This document shows positions 31,699-40,540 of a stretch of 64,000 nt of DNA, in pieces. Both the position numbers and the translations under genes were made by a program. The DNA is from an uncultured delta proteobacterium (GTDB lineage Bacteria > Desulfobacterota > Binatia > UBA9968), in assembly GCA_963728565.1 (NCBI GenBank), contig CAVSLC010000010.1:96001-160000 (forward strand), written 5' to 3'. Position 1 is the first letter of the stretch. Every line of letters begins with the position of its first letter. The notes beneath the pieces are model-generated. The model saw nothing but the letters and a program-made list of their open reading frames with translations. It was not told the origin of the DNA and did no database searches.

Positions 31699-33261
31699 AT
31701 GGATTCAGAGTCCGCTCTGCGCGCGAACTGCGCTTCCGTTGCCAGTGCTCTGAAAAATTTTCGCACAGAAGATCAGCCCGAGGAGGATCGGCCGGAAGTC
31801 GATCTGGCTGACGGATTAGCGATCGACTCCGATAGCATCTCCGGTGACGGGCGGCGGGAGGCGGAGGAAACGGAAGCGAGCGTCGGCAAAGAGTCCTTGT
31901 CGATCTACTTGAACGAAATTCGCTCGTTTCAGTTGCTCACGCATCAGCAGGAGATTGACATTGCCAAACTCAGAGAAGACGGCGAATCCAAAATCCTCGA
32001 AAGCATCCTTTCTACGCCGGTAGCTTTCCAGCATGTGCTCGACTTGGCTGACAAAATACAAAACGACGAGATCCGCTTGTCTGACGTTATCGAGAGGCTG
32101 ACAAGAGAAGACGACACTGCTGGCGCGCCTGTCGAATTCCAACTGGATACGAGAGACGCATTTTTGAAATCCGTACGCTCGATCAAGAGGCGCCTGAGAA
32201 AAATCGAAGCGCTGCAGCGCAAAGCGCAGGCAAAAAAAACCTCCCAACGAGCGCGCCGATTGCTGCGGCGAACTATCACCAGGGAAGACCAAAAGATCGT
32301 CGGCATGCTCCGCGACCTCGGTTTAACACGGCTGCAACTCACGGCAATCGCCGAATCGTTGCGGCAATCGGCGCGGCGCACGGTCGCCTGCGAAAGGTTG
32401 CTGGCTGACTGTGCTGGAGTTCAGCGACAAGCTTGCTTGCGGGAAATAAAGGAGATCGAACAAACGACCGGTATGAGTTCCGAAGAGCTCAAACGTCGTG
32501 TCGACGCAATATCGGACGGTGAGCAACAAGCAGATACGGCGAAAAAGCTTTTCACCGAGGGTAACCTCCGCTTGGTGGTCAGCATCGCCAAACGTTTCCG
32601 CCGTTTCAATATGGATCTCGCAGACTTGATCCAGGAGGGAAACATCGGTTTGATGCGGGCGGCCGAGAAGTTCGACCACCGTCTAGGGTATCGTTTTTCC
32701 ACCTATGCCACCTGGTGGATACGCCAGTTTATCGCTCGCAGCATGGTTGATTCCGGACATATGATTCGGATTCCCGCTCACATCGTGGAAGCCAGGAGCA
32801 AGTTGCTGCGCAGCTTCGAGGATCTCGCGCAAAGGCTCGGTAGAACCCCTCGGCCGGAAGACATGGCCGCTGACACCGGCCTTAGCCTTCAAGAGATTCG
32901 AAGAATCGTCACACTGCCAAGTGAGCATCTGTCGCTGCAAGCGCCGCTTGGCGAGGGTTCCGAAGAAACACTGCAGCATTACGCCAGGGACCGACGCGCT
33001 CAGGACCCGGCGGACGAACTTTTAAAAACCGATCTCTATTCCGCTACTCGACAATCTTTATCGATTCTCAATCCGCGGCAACAAATCGTGTTGCGGCACC
33101 GGTTTGGCATCGACCTTACCCGGGAGCACACCTTGCAGGAGATTGGCGATATGTTTTTAATTACCCGTGAGCGCGTGCGCCAAATCGAGGTTAAGGCGTT
33201 GCGCCAGCTGCGGATCCCGGCAGCCAAGAAAAAAATCAAAAGGGCCGCCGGCGCGCTTTAA
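31699..33261 (+). CDS. RpoD/SigA-family RNA polymerase sigma factor paralog (no evident region 1.1)
   Basis: Region 1.2 [14 protein letters not shown], region 2 [32 protein letters not shown], region 4 [13 protein letters not shown]; GAGGAG RBS. Confidence 0.9.
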   Translation: MDSESALRANCASVASALKNFRTEDQPEEDRPEVDLADGLAIDSDSISGDGRREAEETEASVGKESLSIYLNEIRSFQLLTHQQEIDIAKLREDGESKILESILSTPVAFQHVLDLADKIQNDEIRLSDVIERLTREDDTAGAPVEFQLDTRDAFLKSVRSIKRRLRKIEALQRKAQAKKTSQRARRLLRRTITREDQKIVGMLRDLGLTRLQLTAIAESLRQSARRTVACERLLADCAGVQRQACLREIKEIEQTTGMSSEELKRRVDAISDGEQQADTAKKLFTEGNLRLVVSIAKRFRRFNMDLADLIQEGNIGLMRAAEKFDHRLGYRFSTYATWWIRQFIARSMVDSGHMIRIPAHIVEARSKLLRSFEDLAQRLGRTPRPEDMAADTGLSLQEIRRIVTLPSEHLSLQAPLGEGSEETLQHYARDRRAQDPADELLKTDLYSATRQSLSILNPRQQIVLRHRFGIDLTREHTLQEIGDMFLITRERVRQIEVKALRQLRIPAAKKKIKRAAGAL

Positions 33262-33425
33262 ACCTAACACGGATAACATCTTTCCCCCTCGACGAACCGA
33301 AATTCGGCTAAAAATGCGGTTTCATGTATCGAGAACTCCCTGGCAGACATCAATCCGATTCGGTACTCAGGTGCCATTACAAACCGCGGCCGTGAGCTCG
33401 ATAACAAGCAAAGGAGGATCTTTAG

Positions 33426-33731
33426 ATGTACGTATCGCGTCTGACCTTTCTTACGTTACCCGGTAAAACGGGGGAAGTAGAGCATGAGCTAAAAACTTTG
33501 CGTGATATCGTCAAGCAAGCAGGTGGCGAGAATACGAGAATACTGCGCACCCATTTTGCCTCATCCGACGCGCCCAATGTGGTGTTTACGCAGGACGCGC
33601 CTGAGTTGAAAACATTAGAAGAACAGATCCGCAAAGTGACGGCTGAGCCTGCCTTCCAACAATGGAGCAAGAAGGTTTCGCCGCTGTTACGTCAGTCGCC
33701 CAACCGTGAAATATACATGGTGGTCGATTGA
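33426..33731 (+). CDS. Small hypothetical protein, dimeric alpha-beta barrel-like
   Basis: GGAGG RBS; 101 aa pattern SRLTFLTLPGK...P.REIY typical of ABM/NIPSNAP-like folds. Confidence 0.65.
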   Translation: MYVSRLTFLTLPGKTGEVEHELKTLRDIVKQAGGENTRILRTHFASSDAPNVVFTQDAPELKTLEEQIRKVTAEPAFQQWSKKVSPLLRQSPNREIYMVVD

Positions 33732-33817
33732 AGCTCGTCATGATCCGGCGGAAATTTGAAAGAGAGCCGGCTGCTTCTTCTCGTCGGAAACGCTGCACAG
33801 AAAAATAGGTGCTGCGG

Positions 33818-34864
33818 CTAATCCGGAGATAGATAGGCCTCAACTTCGGCCCGTATCGAAGAATATACCGCTTCGGGCGCGAGATCCTTAGATTGTGGAT
33901 CGATTTCAGCCAACGAAGCTGCGTACCAGGAAGGGTGCACCTGGCTTTCCTCAAGGCGCATTCGGAATGTTTCGAACTGGCCCATTTCAATCAACGAGCG
34001 CAGGATACTGGCAACAGTCCCCCAATCGCTCCAGCCGACATTCGGTACCTCCAGAACGCGTAGCCTTTTGGCCAGAGGTGCGCAGATATCAGAGGAGAAA
34101 TTGACGTTGGGTATGGTCTGATAGATGTGTTGGATGAAGCCAGGCGCATGGATGCTGCCCAGCATCGATTGAATCAAGCCAAAGGCATTGTACAGCGACG
34201 GCACCGTATCCCGAACCATCTGCCATAAGGTAGTGCCTCTGACGGTGAAAACCATTGTGTTCCACAACGCGCCTTGGTTTATCAAACGCCGTGCAAGCGC
34301 CAGCGGAGGCTTTTCGACAAAGCCCGCCACCGGCCGCGTCAGGGTTGCGCGTATCGGCTTTTTCAGTTGGATATAGCCATATTCCGTTTCTTGGCCCTGC
34401 TCGGGGGTCATGCCTAACAGGATCATCTTGTCGGAATGCCGCTTTAGATCCGCAAGCGCGCTCGCGACGGCTTCCATGAAGCGGTTCTCATCGCGCACGA
34501 AGTGATCGGAAGGGGAGACGATAACGGTGGCCGACGGGTCGCGGTGGGTAATGTATGACAACGGCAGCATGATACCTGGCGCAGTGTCGCGATTAGCCGG
34601 TTGGTAGATAATGTTCTCTTGCGGCCAATGGGAGAGCTGGCGCGCTGCTTCCCCGCTTTGATGCGCGCCCACTACTATGACCGTACGTTCGGCCGGCACC
34701 AACTGCTGCATCCGATCAAGGGTGTGCTGCAGCATTGAGCGTCGGCCGATGATCGGCGAAAATTGCTTTAGTCCCGTTCCACCACAAAGCTGCTTGAGAA
34801 AACCACGAACTCTCGTGCCTTCACCGCCGGCCAAAACGATCGCCCATACATTATTGTGGCCCAC
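33818..34864 (-). CDS. Sugar-phosphate nucleotidyltransferase (mannose-1-phosphate guanylyltransferase-like)
   Basis: WAIVLAGGEGTR, QPANRDTAP, PSDH, EYGYI, FVEKP, WSDWG; AAAGGAG RBS then GTG at 34864. Confidence 0.88.
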   Translation of the reverse strand: MGHNNVWAIVLAGGEGTRVRGFLKQLCGGTGLKQFSPIIGRRSMLQHTLDRMQQLVPAERTVIVVGAHQSGEAARQLSHWPQENIIYQPANRDTAPGIMLPLSYITHRDPSATVIVSPSDHFVRDENRFMEAVASALADLKRHSDKMILLGMTPEQGQETEYGYIQLKKPIRATLTRPVAGFVEKPPLALARRLINQGALWNTMVFTVRGTTLWQMVRDTVPSLYNAFGLIQSMLGSIHAPGFIQHIYQTIPNVNFSSDICAPLAKRLRVLEVPNVGWSDWGTVASILRSLIEMGQFETFRMRLEESQVHPSWYAASLAEIDPQSKDLAPEAVYSSIRAEVEAYLSPD

Positions 34865-34910
34865 AGAAGCTCCTTTGCTGCGGATCGTTGATGAATGTAG
34901 CGGGGACAAC

Positions 34911-34926
34911 GGCAAGCTCCGTGCCA
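34911..34926 (-). promoter_or_regulatory. sigma54 promoter
   Basis: Minus strand TGGCACGGAGCTTGCC matches consensus TGGCAC-N5-TTGC, 47 bp above the GTG start. Confidence 0.82.
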
Positions 34927-35109
34927 CATGCCTTCGGGACAGAACCCCAGTTGTGTTTGGCCGATGCGGCACGACTCGTTTCGAACACGGGACACCGGCT
35001 GACCGACTTTCGCGTAAGCGACACAGGAGAAGCGATGCCTACGAGACATGGCGCATTGCCGGTATAGGCTGGATCGACGAAATTTGCGTCGAGCATCGCG
35101 CTTCTCCCA

Positions 35110-35398
35110 CTACACGACCTCACGGCGTTGAGCACGGTGGGATCTCCGTGCAGATGTCGCGCATGTTTCTTGGTTTCTTCATTAGCGTCACTGATCCGCT
35201 AAGCATCGATACTTTGTTGATCCCTCCACTCTGAATAGCAGATGAATTCTCCCGGCTCATCACTCGACCTGAGCAGTTTTTCCGAGAGATAACCAGGCTG
35301 TTGAATCATCAACGGCGCGCAGTGCTCTTTTCAGATCTGTGCTGCGTTCTTTGCTTCTCGGGCACTACCCTGACGGAAATTAATCTTACGATAGGCAT
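35110..35398 (-). pseudogene. Degraded antibiotic-biosynthesis-monooxygenase (ABM) family gene
   Basis: GAGGAG RBS plus MPIVRLISVRVVPEKQ. After a frameshift it reads AAQI*KEHCAPLMIQQPGYLSEKLLRSSDEPGEFICYSEWRDQQSIDA*RISDANEETKKH, with two in-frame stops plus indels. Confidence 0.65.
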
Positions 35399-35454
35399 GA
35401 TCAACTCCTCCGTGCTGTGTGACTCTAAAAACAACGAGCGCCTACAACTGTATT

Positions 35455-35470
35455 CGCCGCGCGCGTGCCA
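35455..35470 (-). promoter_or_regulatory. Degenerate sigma54 promoter upstream of the ABM pseudogene
   Basis: Minus strand TGGCACGCGCGCGGCG: perfect -24 box and GG-N10-GC but lacks TT before GC. Confidence 0.35.
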
Positions 35471-35532
35471 GAGCCTCGATGTTCTGCCGTGCCTCCGCAG
35501 CGTTTCGCTCCTCAATATCTCGACCGCCTTCC

Positions 35533-35577
35533 GTCCCACTGAAATGATTAGATCATGATCATCGTCCCACATCGGAG
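35533..35577. promoter_or_regulatory. Putative paired enhancer sites
   Basis: CGTCCCAC repeated, with the G at 35533 and 35564 (31 bp apart), between divergent sigma54 sites. Confidence 0.5.
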
Positions 35578-35621
35578 AAAGGCAAATAATCAAGCCGTGC
35601 AATTCCACCCAGTTGGACAAG

Positions 35622-35637
35622 TGGCATGTGCGTTGCT
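35622..35637 (+). promoter_or_regulatory. sigma54 promoter
   Basis: TGGCATGTGCGTTGCT (GG-N10-GC, TTGC), 44 bp above the ATG at 35681. Confidence 0.8.
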
Positions 35638-35680
35638 CATGATTTGAAGCGAGATCAAACTGGCTGTGGAGGATCAAGTA

Positions 35681-36163
35681 ATGAAACAGGCATTCGGAAG
35701 TGGCGATCGGGGGGAATTTTCCGGCAGCACTCGTTTTGAATCCAAGGATGCCGATTTTTCCGACGATATTTTGTCTCAAATCAGTAGTATGCCGCTGGGC
35801 ATTCATGCGGCGACTAATCAGAACCGTCGAATGGAAATCATGGGAGAGTTCATCTTGGTGCAGGCGATCCTTCGTGAAGCCATTCGGACGTATCAGAAGT
35901 ACGCGATAAAAAAAGGTACTCGCGCGACCCGGTTGTTTCGCGACGTGAACGAGTGGTTTTCATCCGATGACCGGCATTGGTTCTTTTCATTCGTCAACGT
36001 TTGCGACACCCTCGGGCTCGAGCCTACTTACATTCGCACCGGGCTCAAGCTATGGCGCGAGCGTAAGCTGCAAACAAATGGTGTGTCTTCGGCTATTCCG
36101 GATTATCAGCCGATTGCCAGGAATTCGCGGCAGCGACTGTTGGCGAATGAACTGAGAAGTTAA
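35681..36163 (+). CDS. Conserved-looking hypothetical protein
   Basis: GGAGGA RBS; helical core AILREAI...EWFSSDD..WFFSFVNVCDTLGLEPTYIR. Confidence 0.7.
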   Translation: MKQAFGSGDRGEFSGSTRFESKDADFSDDILSQISSMPLGIHAATNQNRRMEIMGEFILVQAILREAIRTYQKYAIKKGTRATRLFRDVNEWFSSDDRHWFFSFVNVCDTLGLEPTYIRTGLKLWRERKLQTNGVSSAIPDYQPIARNSRQRLLANELRS

Positions 36164-36229
36164 CGACGGCATTTGCCTTTACCCCGACCCATTAGCTAAA
36201 CGACTGGTCGCCGCCGGGGCGATTTCAGA

Positions 36230-36604
36230 ATGTCAACTACCGAACAAGAGATAGAGCGATTAGTCGAGGAAATCAGCCGCGCGATTCAACGGGGCCCGGC
36301 GGATCAGCGGGCCGAGCTCCGTTCGTATGCTTCATCCCTCGTCAACGATATCGCTACCGGGTCGCCGGTTCCGCCAAGCCAAACTTCAGGTCAAACTGAA
36401 CGCCGTCCATTTGGTTTAGTCGCCGCCGGATTGGCTTTACTAGTGATCGGCGCTGGATTCGCCTTGATGATTACACCCATCGGATTAACCCTTATGGCCC
36501 TTGGGTGTGGTTCTCGCTATCTGGGGTGGAATAGCTGGATGGTGGACGACTCGCGGAGATGTGCGAGCTGGCAATCAGGGAAGCCGATGAAGCAATTTCT
36601 CTAA
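36230..36604 (+). CDS. Hypothetical membrane protein
   Basis: Helical N-terminus plus a hydrophobic segment; the C-terminus may be frameshifted. Confidence 0.55.
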   Translation: MSTTEQEIERLVEEISRAIQRGPADQRAELRSYASSLVNDIATGSPVPPSQTSGQTERRPFGLVAAGLALLVIGAGFALMITPIGLTLMALGCGSRYLGWNSWMVDDSRRCASWQSGKPMKQFL

Positions 36605-36637
36605 TCCTCTTCGAGGGCCGCTAATTGAGTGTCGTCT

Positions 36638-36685
36638 GTGTTGTTTTCAGGACACGGCCGGAGTAGTGTGTCTCAACTGAGACAC
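36638..36685. promoter_or_regulatory. Tandem palindromic activator-binding sites
   Basis: Perfect GTGTCTCA-AC-TGAGACAC at 36668-36685 and imperfect GTGTTGTTTTCAGGACAC at 36638-36655, 30 bp apart; both TGT-N10-ACA. Confidence 0.65.
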
Positions 36686-36725
36686 GAATCTATTCACGGA
36701 AAAGGAAACCTCGCGGATATACAAC

Positions 36726-36741
36726 GGGCACGCATCTTGCG
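36726..36741 (+). promoter_or_regulatory. sigma54 promoter for the enhancer-binding protein gene
   Basis: GGGCACGCATCTTGCG (GG-N10-GC, GGCAC and TTGC). Confidence 0.72.
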
Positions 36742-36846
36742 CAAGCAAATGCGTTGCTAGCGTTTGTTCCTCATGCAGCTTTCCAGCGCTTCGGTTCCGC
36801 GCGTTGTGTGAGCCTGCAAACATAGAAAGAAAGAGTATCCACTGAG

Positions 36847-38199
36847 ATGAGCGCGACGATCTTAGTTTGTGACGACGATTCCGTACCTCGGCGAAATATT
36901 GCCAGCGTATTGGAAGAAGAGGGCTATACCGTTCACCAAGCTGAGGACGGCAAGGCTGCTATCGACGCGATTAACCAGATCGATTTCGATTTGGTCTTAA
37001 CCGATCTGAAGATGCCCGGTGTCGACGGTCTCAGCGTCTTGAAGCACGTGCGGAGTATTTCGCCCCAAACGTTAGTAATTCTTATGACCGCCTTCTCGTC
37101 GGTGGACACGGCGGTAGAAGCCTTTCGTCTTGGAGCGCAAGACTACATCCTGAAGCCGATCGTGATTGAAGATGTGATTAGGAAGGTCGGCCGGTTTCTC
37201 GAGCATAAGAATCTGGTCTGGGAAGTCGAGATGTTGCGCCGTGAGATTAACCGTTCGTCGGAGCCGACCAGTCTGGTAGGGAGCAGCAAGCCGATTCAAG
37301 ATATTTTTAAAATCGTTTCAAAAGTCGCGGCAACCAATTCCACGGTCTTGATCACCGGCGAGAGCGGCGTCGGCAAGGAAGTCGTCGCCCGAACCTTGCA
37401 TTTACAAAGCTTGTCAAAGGACAAAGTATTTTTACCGGTAAATTGCAGCGCGATTCCCGACACTCTGCTCGAAAGCCAGCTCTTTGGTCATGCCAAGGGC
37501 GCATTCACCGGCGCCATCAATGCCCAAGAGGGGCTATTTCAAAAGGCCCAGGGCGGAACCATCTTTCTCGACGAAATCGGCGAGATGCCGTTGACTCTCC
37601 AACCCAAGCTGTTGCGCGCCATCGAAACCAAGGAAGTTTTAGCTGTCGGCTCGACCCAGCCGGTCCGCTTAAACGTGCGAATCATCGCTTCGACCAATCG
37701 CGATCTTGAACGGGAGGCCAGCGAGGGTAAGTTTCGCGAAGATCTTTTTTACCGTTTGAATGTCGTGCATGTCTGGGTGCCGCCGCTGAGAGAACGGCGC
37801 GAAGATATTCCGTTGCTGGTCGATTATCTACTTTCACGTCACAACCGGGAGATGAAGAAGGCATACAAGGGCGCGGACAACTCGGCAATGAAAGTTCTGA
37901 TGTCGCTTCCGTGGAAGGGCAATATCCGCGAATTGGACAACGTGCTCGAGCGCGCGATGATTTTGGGCGACGGCGAATGGATTACGCCGGAGCATTTGCC
38001 TGAATCTGAGATTCCCGAGAACGACCGAAATGTCACGGCAAACAATTTGCGCGTCGCCGTCGAGTCCTATGAGAAAAGCCACATCGCCAATGTTCTAAGG
38101 GACACCGCCGGCGACCGGACTCGGGCAGCGGAGCTCCTCGGATTGAGCCGATCCTCGCTCTACCGAAAGATGGAGAAGCTTAACATCCGTGACGATTAG
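36847..38199 (+). CDS. sigma54-dependent response regulator (NtrC/AtoC family bEBP)
   Basis: REC domain (CDDD, TDLKMP, KP), Walker A GESGVGKE, intact GAFTGA, FLDEIGE, FREDLFYRL, Fis-type HTH. Confidence 0.95.
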   Translation: MSATILVCDDDSVPRRNIASVLEEEGYTVHQAEDGKAAIDAINQIDFDLVLTDLKMPGVDGLSVLKHVRSISPQTLVILMTAFSSVDTAVEAFRLGAQDYILKPIVIEDVIRKVGRFLEHKNLVWEVEMLRREINRSSEPTSLVGSSKPIQDIFKIVSKVAATNSTVLITGESGVGKEVVARTLHLQSLSKDKVFLPVNCSAIPDTLLESQLFGHAKGAFTGAINAQEGLFQKAQGGTIFLDEIGEMPLTLQPKLLRAIETKEVLAVGSTQPVRLNVRIIASTNRDLEREASEGKFREDLFYRLNVVHVWVPPLRERREDIPLLVDYLLSRHNREMKKAYKGADNSAMKVLMSLPWKGNIRELDNVLERAMILGDGEWITPEHLPESEIPENDRNVTANNLRVAVESYEKSHIANVLRDTAGDRTRAAELLGLSRSSLYRKMEKLNIRDD

Positions 38200-38407
38200 T
38201 CGAGTCCTGCCACTCTCCAGATTTCTTGCCTGGCCATCGGATGCATCAGTCAGCGCTTACAGCTTTTCCAATCACCTCTAATTTTATTTGGCCCCGTAAA
38301 GAAGTTCGCGGTTTGGTGATAATCTCGCCGGACGGTATTTTTCAACATCCTGCGGTGCGCCTAACCGTCGCCCCAATCGAATCTTAAAATCGAGCTATAG
38401 GAAAAGC

Positions 38408-40489
38408 ATGACCCGGAACATTCACGGCAGCCGCATTCGCCAAAAGCAAAATGACACGAGCGCCGTTCAGACCCGCAATCCTCCACCGGCCGCGACTACC
38501 TCAAGAAGTTCAACTGAGCACCGTATCCGTGCGGTGATCGAGGGAGTCAAGCCGGAAATCGACTGCGGCCGATTTCCGATCAAGCGAGTGGTCGGGGATC
38601 ATGTTACGGTCGAGGCCGATATCTTCACCGACGGGCACGATGCGTTGTCGGCGCGCCTGCTGTTTCGAGCGCAAGGGGATTCCGATTGGCGCGAAGCGCC
38701 GATGCAGCCGCTGGTGAATGATCGCTGGCGCGGCGGTTTTAACATCATGGCGCTGACGGATTATTTTTATACGTTGGAAGCATGGGTTGATCGGTTTAAA
38801 TCCTGGCGCGACGGTTTGAGCAAGAAAGCCGCCGCCAAACAGGACGTCGGGTTGGAATTGATCGAAGGGGCTGAACTGATTGAACTATCCGCCAAACGAG
38901 CTGGTGGCAACGATGCCGAGACACTGACAGCCTATGCGGCGGCGCTTCGCGCTAAAGAGGCCGGCGCGGTAGAGAAGGCGCTGGAGGAAGAGCTTGCTGA
39001 CCTGATGAGCAAGCATGCGGAGCGGCGTTGGGCGGCGCGTTACGACAAGGAGCTTCGTATCGTTGTCGATCGGCCGAAGGCCGAGTTCAGTAGCTGGTAT
39101 GAGATCTTTCCGCGCTCCTGCGCTGATCAGCCGCGAAAACACGGCACACTCAGGGATTGCGCGGCGCGGCTGCCGAGCATTGCCGAGTTGGGCTTCAGCG
39201 TGCTTTACCTGCCGCCGATTCATCCGATCGGACGCTCCTATCGAAAAGGCATGAACGGCACTCTTGCGGCCGGCCCGGATGATGTCGGCAGTCCCTGGGC
39301 CATCGGTTCGGAAGAGGGCGGTCATAAGTCGCTGCACCCGCTACTCGGCACCTTGGCGGATTTCAATCAGCTGGTGGAAAAAGCCCGAGAGCACGACATC
39401 GAGATTGCCTTGGACATCGCCTATCAATGCTCGCCCGACCATCCCTATGTCAGGGAACATCCGCAGTGGTTTCGCAAACGGCCTGACGGCACCATTCAGT
39501 ACGCGGAAAACCCGCCCAAGAAGTATCAAGACATCTATCCGATCGATTTTGAAAATGAAGACTGGCGCGCTCTATGGGACGAATTGAAGAGCGTTCTGTT
39601 GTTCTGGTGCCAACATGGGGTGCGAATCTTTCGCGTCGATAATCCTCACACCAAAGCCTTCCGCTTCTGGGAATGGGTCATTGCCGAGGTCAAAAAAGAT
39701 TACCCGGAAACGATATTTCTCGCCGAAGCGTTCACTCGCCCGAAAGTCATGTACCGGCTGGCCAAGCTCGGTTTCACTCAGTCGTACACGTATTTCACCT
39801 GGCGCAACACCAAGGCGGAGCTAACCCAGTATTTCACCGAGCTGACACGAACCGACGTCGTCGAATTTTTTCGTCCCAACCTGTGGCCAAACACTCCCGA
39901 TATCCTGCCGGAGTATCTGCAGGCGGGCGGCCGGCCGGCCTTCGTGTCGCGCCTGATTCTTGCCGCCACCTTGGGCGCCAACTATGGAATCTATGGCCCT
40001 GCGTTCGAGCTCTGCGTCAACGCGCCGCGTGAGCCCGGCAGCGAGGAATATTTGGATTCCGAAAAATACCAGATTAAAGATTGGAACAGCGAATCGTCCG
40101 ATAGCTTGCGCGAGTTGATCATGCGGGTGAACCAGATTCGCGCGGCAAACCCTGCGCTCCATCGTAATCGCAGCTTGTGCTTTTACACCGTGGACAATGA
40201 CGAGATTATCTGTTTCGTTAAACATACCGAAGACCGCAGTAACGTTATTGTCGTTGCTGTTAATCTCGATCCGCATCACACACAATCCGGTTGGGTGGAG
40301 CTGCCGTTGACGGAACTGGGTCTCGATCCGAGCAAGCCGTTTCAGATGCATGATCTATTAACCGACGCGCGCTATCTGTGGAACGGGCCTCGCAATTACT
40401 TGAGCCTCGATCCAGCGAGCGTGCCGGCGCATATCTTTCGGGTGCGGCATAATCTGCGCCGCGAGCAGGATTTTGATTATTTCATGTAG
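38408..40489 (+). CDS. glgE: Alpha-1,4-glucan:maltose-1-phosphate maltosyltransferase
   Basis: WYEIFPRS, YLPPIHPIG, YAENPPKKYQDIY, FRVDNPHTK, LAEAFTRP, NTPDIL. Confidence 0.95.
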   Translation: MTRNIHGSRIRQKQNDTSAVQTRNPPPAATTSRSSTEHRIRAVIEGVKPEIDCGRFPIKRVVGDHVTVEADIFTDGHDALSARLLFRAQGDSDWREAPMQPLVNDRWRGGFNIMALTDYFYTLEAWVDRFKSWRDGLSKKAAAKQDVGLELIEGAELIELSAKRAGGNDAETLTAYAAALRAKEAGAVEKALEEELADLMSKHAERRWAARYDKELRIVVDRPKAEFSSWYEIFPRSCADQPRKHGTLRDCAARLPSIAELGFSVLYLPPIHPIGRSYRKGMNGTLAAGPDDVGSPWAIGSEEGGHKSLHPLLGTLADFNQLVEKAREHDIEIALDIAYQCSPDHPYVREHPQWFRKRPDGTIQYAENPPKKYQDIYPIDFENEDWRALWDELKSVLLFWCQHGVRIFRVDNPHTKAFRFWEWVIAEVKKDYPETIFLAEAFTRPKVMYRLAKLGFTQSYTYFTWRNTKAELTQYFTELTRTDVVEFFRPNLWPNTPDILPEYLQAGGRPAFVSRLILAATLGANYGIYGPAFELCVNAPREPGSEEYLDSEKYQIKDWNSESSDSLRELIMRVNQIRAANPALHRNRSLCFYTVDNDEIICFVKHTEDRSNVIVVAVNLDPHHTQSGWVELPLTELGLDPSKPFQMHDLLTDARYLWNGPRNYLSLDPASVPAHIFRVRHNLRREQDFDYFM

Positions 40490-40540
40490 CAGCTGCTGAG
40501 AAGCAAGATTTTCAGCAAAACGAGAGAGCGTAGCAACAAG

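Noticed and set aside
35110-35398. In-frame TGA and TAG as selenocysteine or pyrrolysine recoding
   Set aside because: They co-occur with indels and fall where Trp and Tyr would be expected; simple decay is more parsimonious
38231-38245. TGGCCATCGGATGC upstream of glgE as a sigma54 promoter
   Set aside because: Spacing is GG-N9-GC, which is non-canonical
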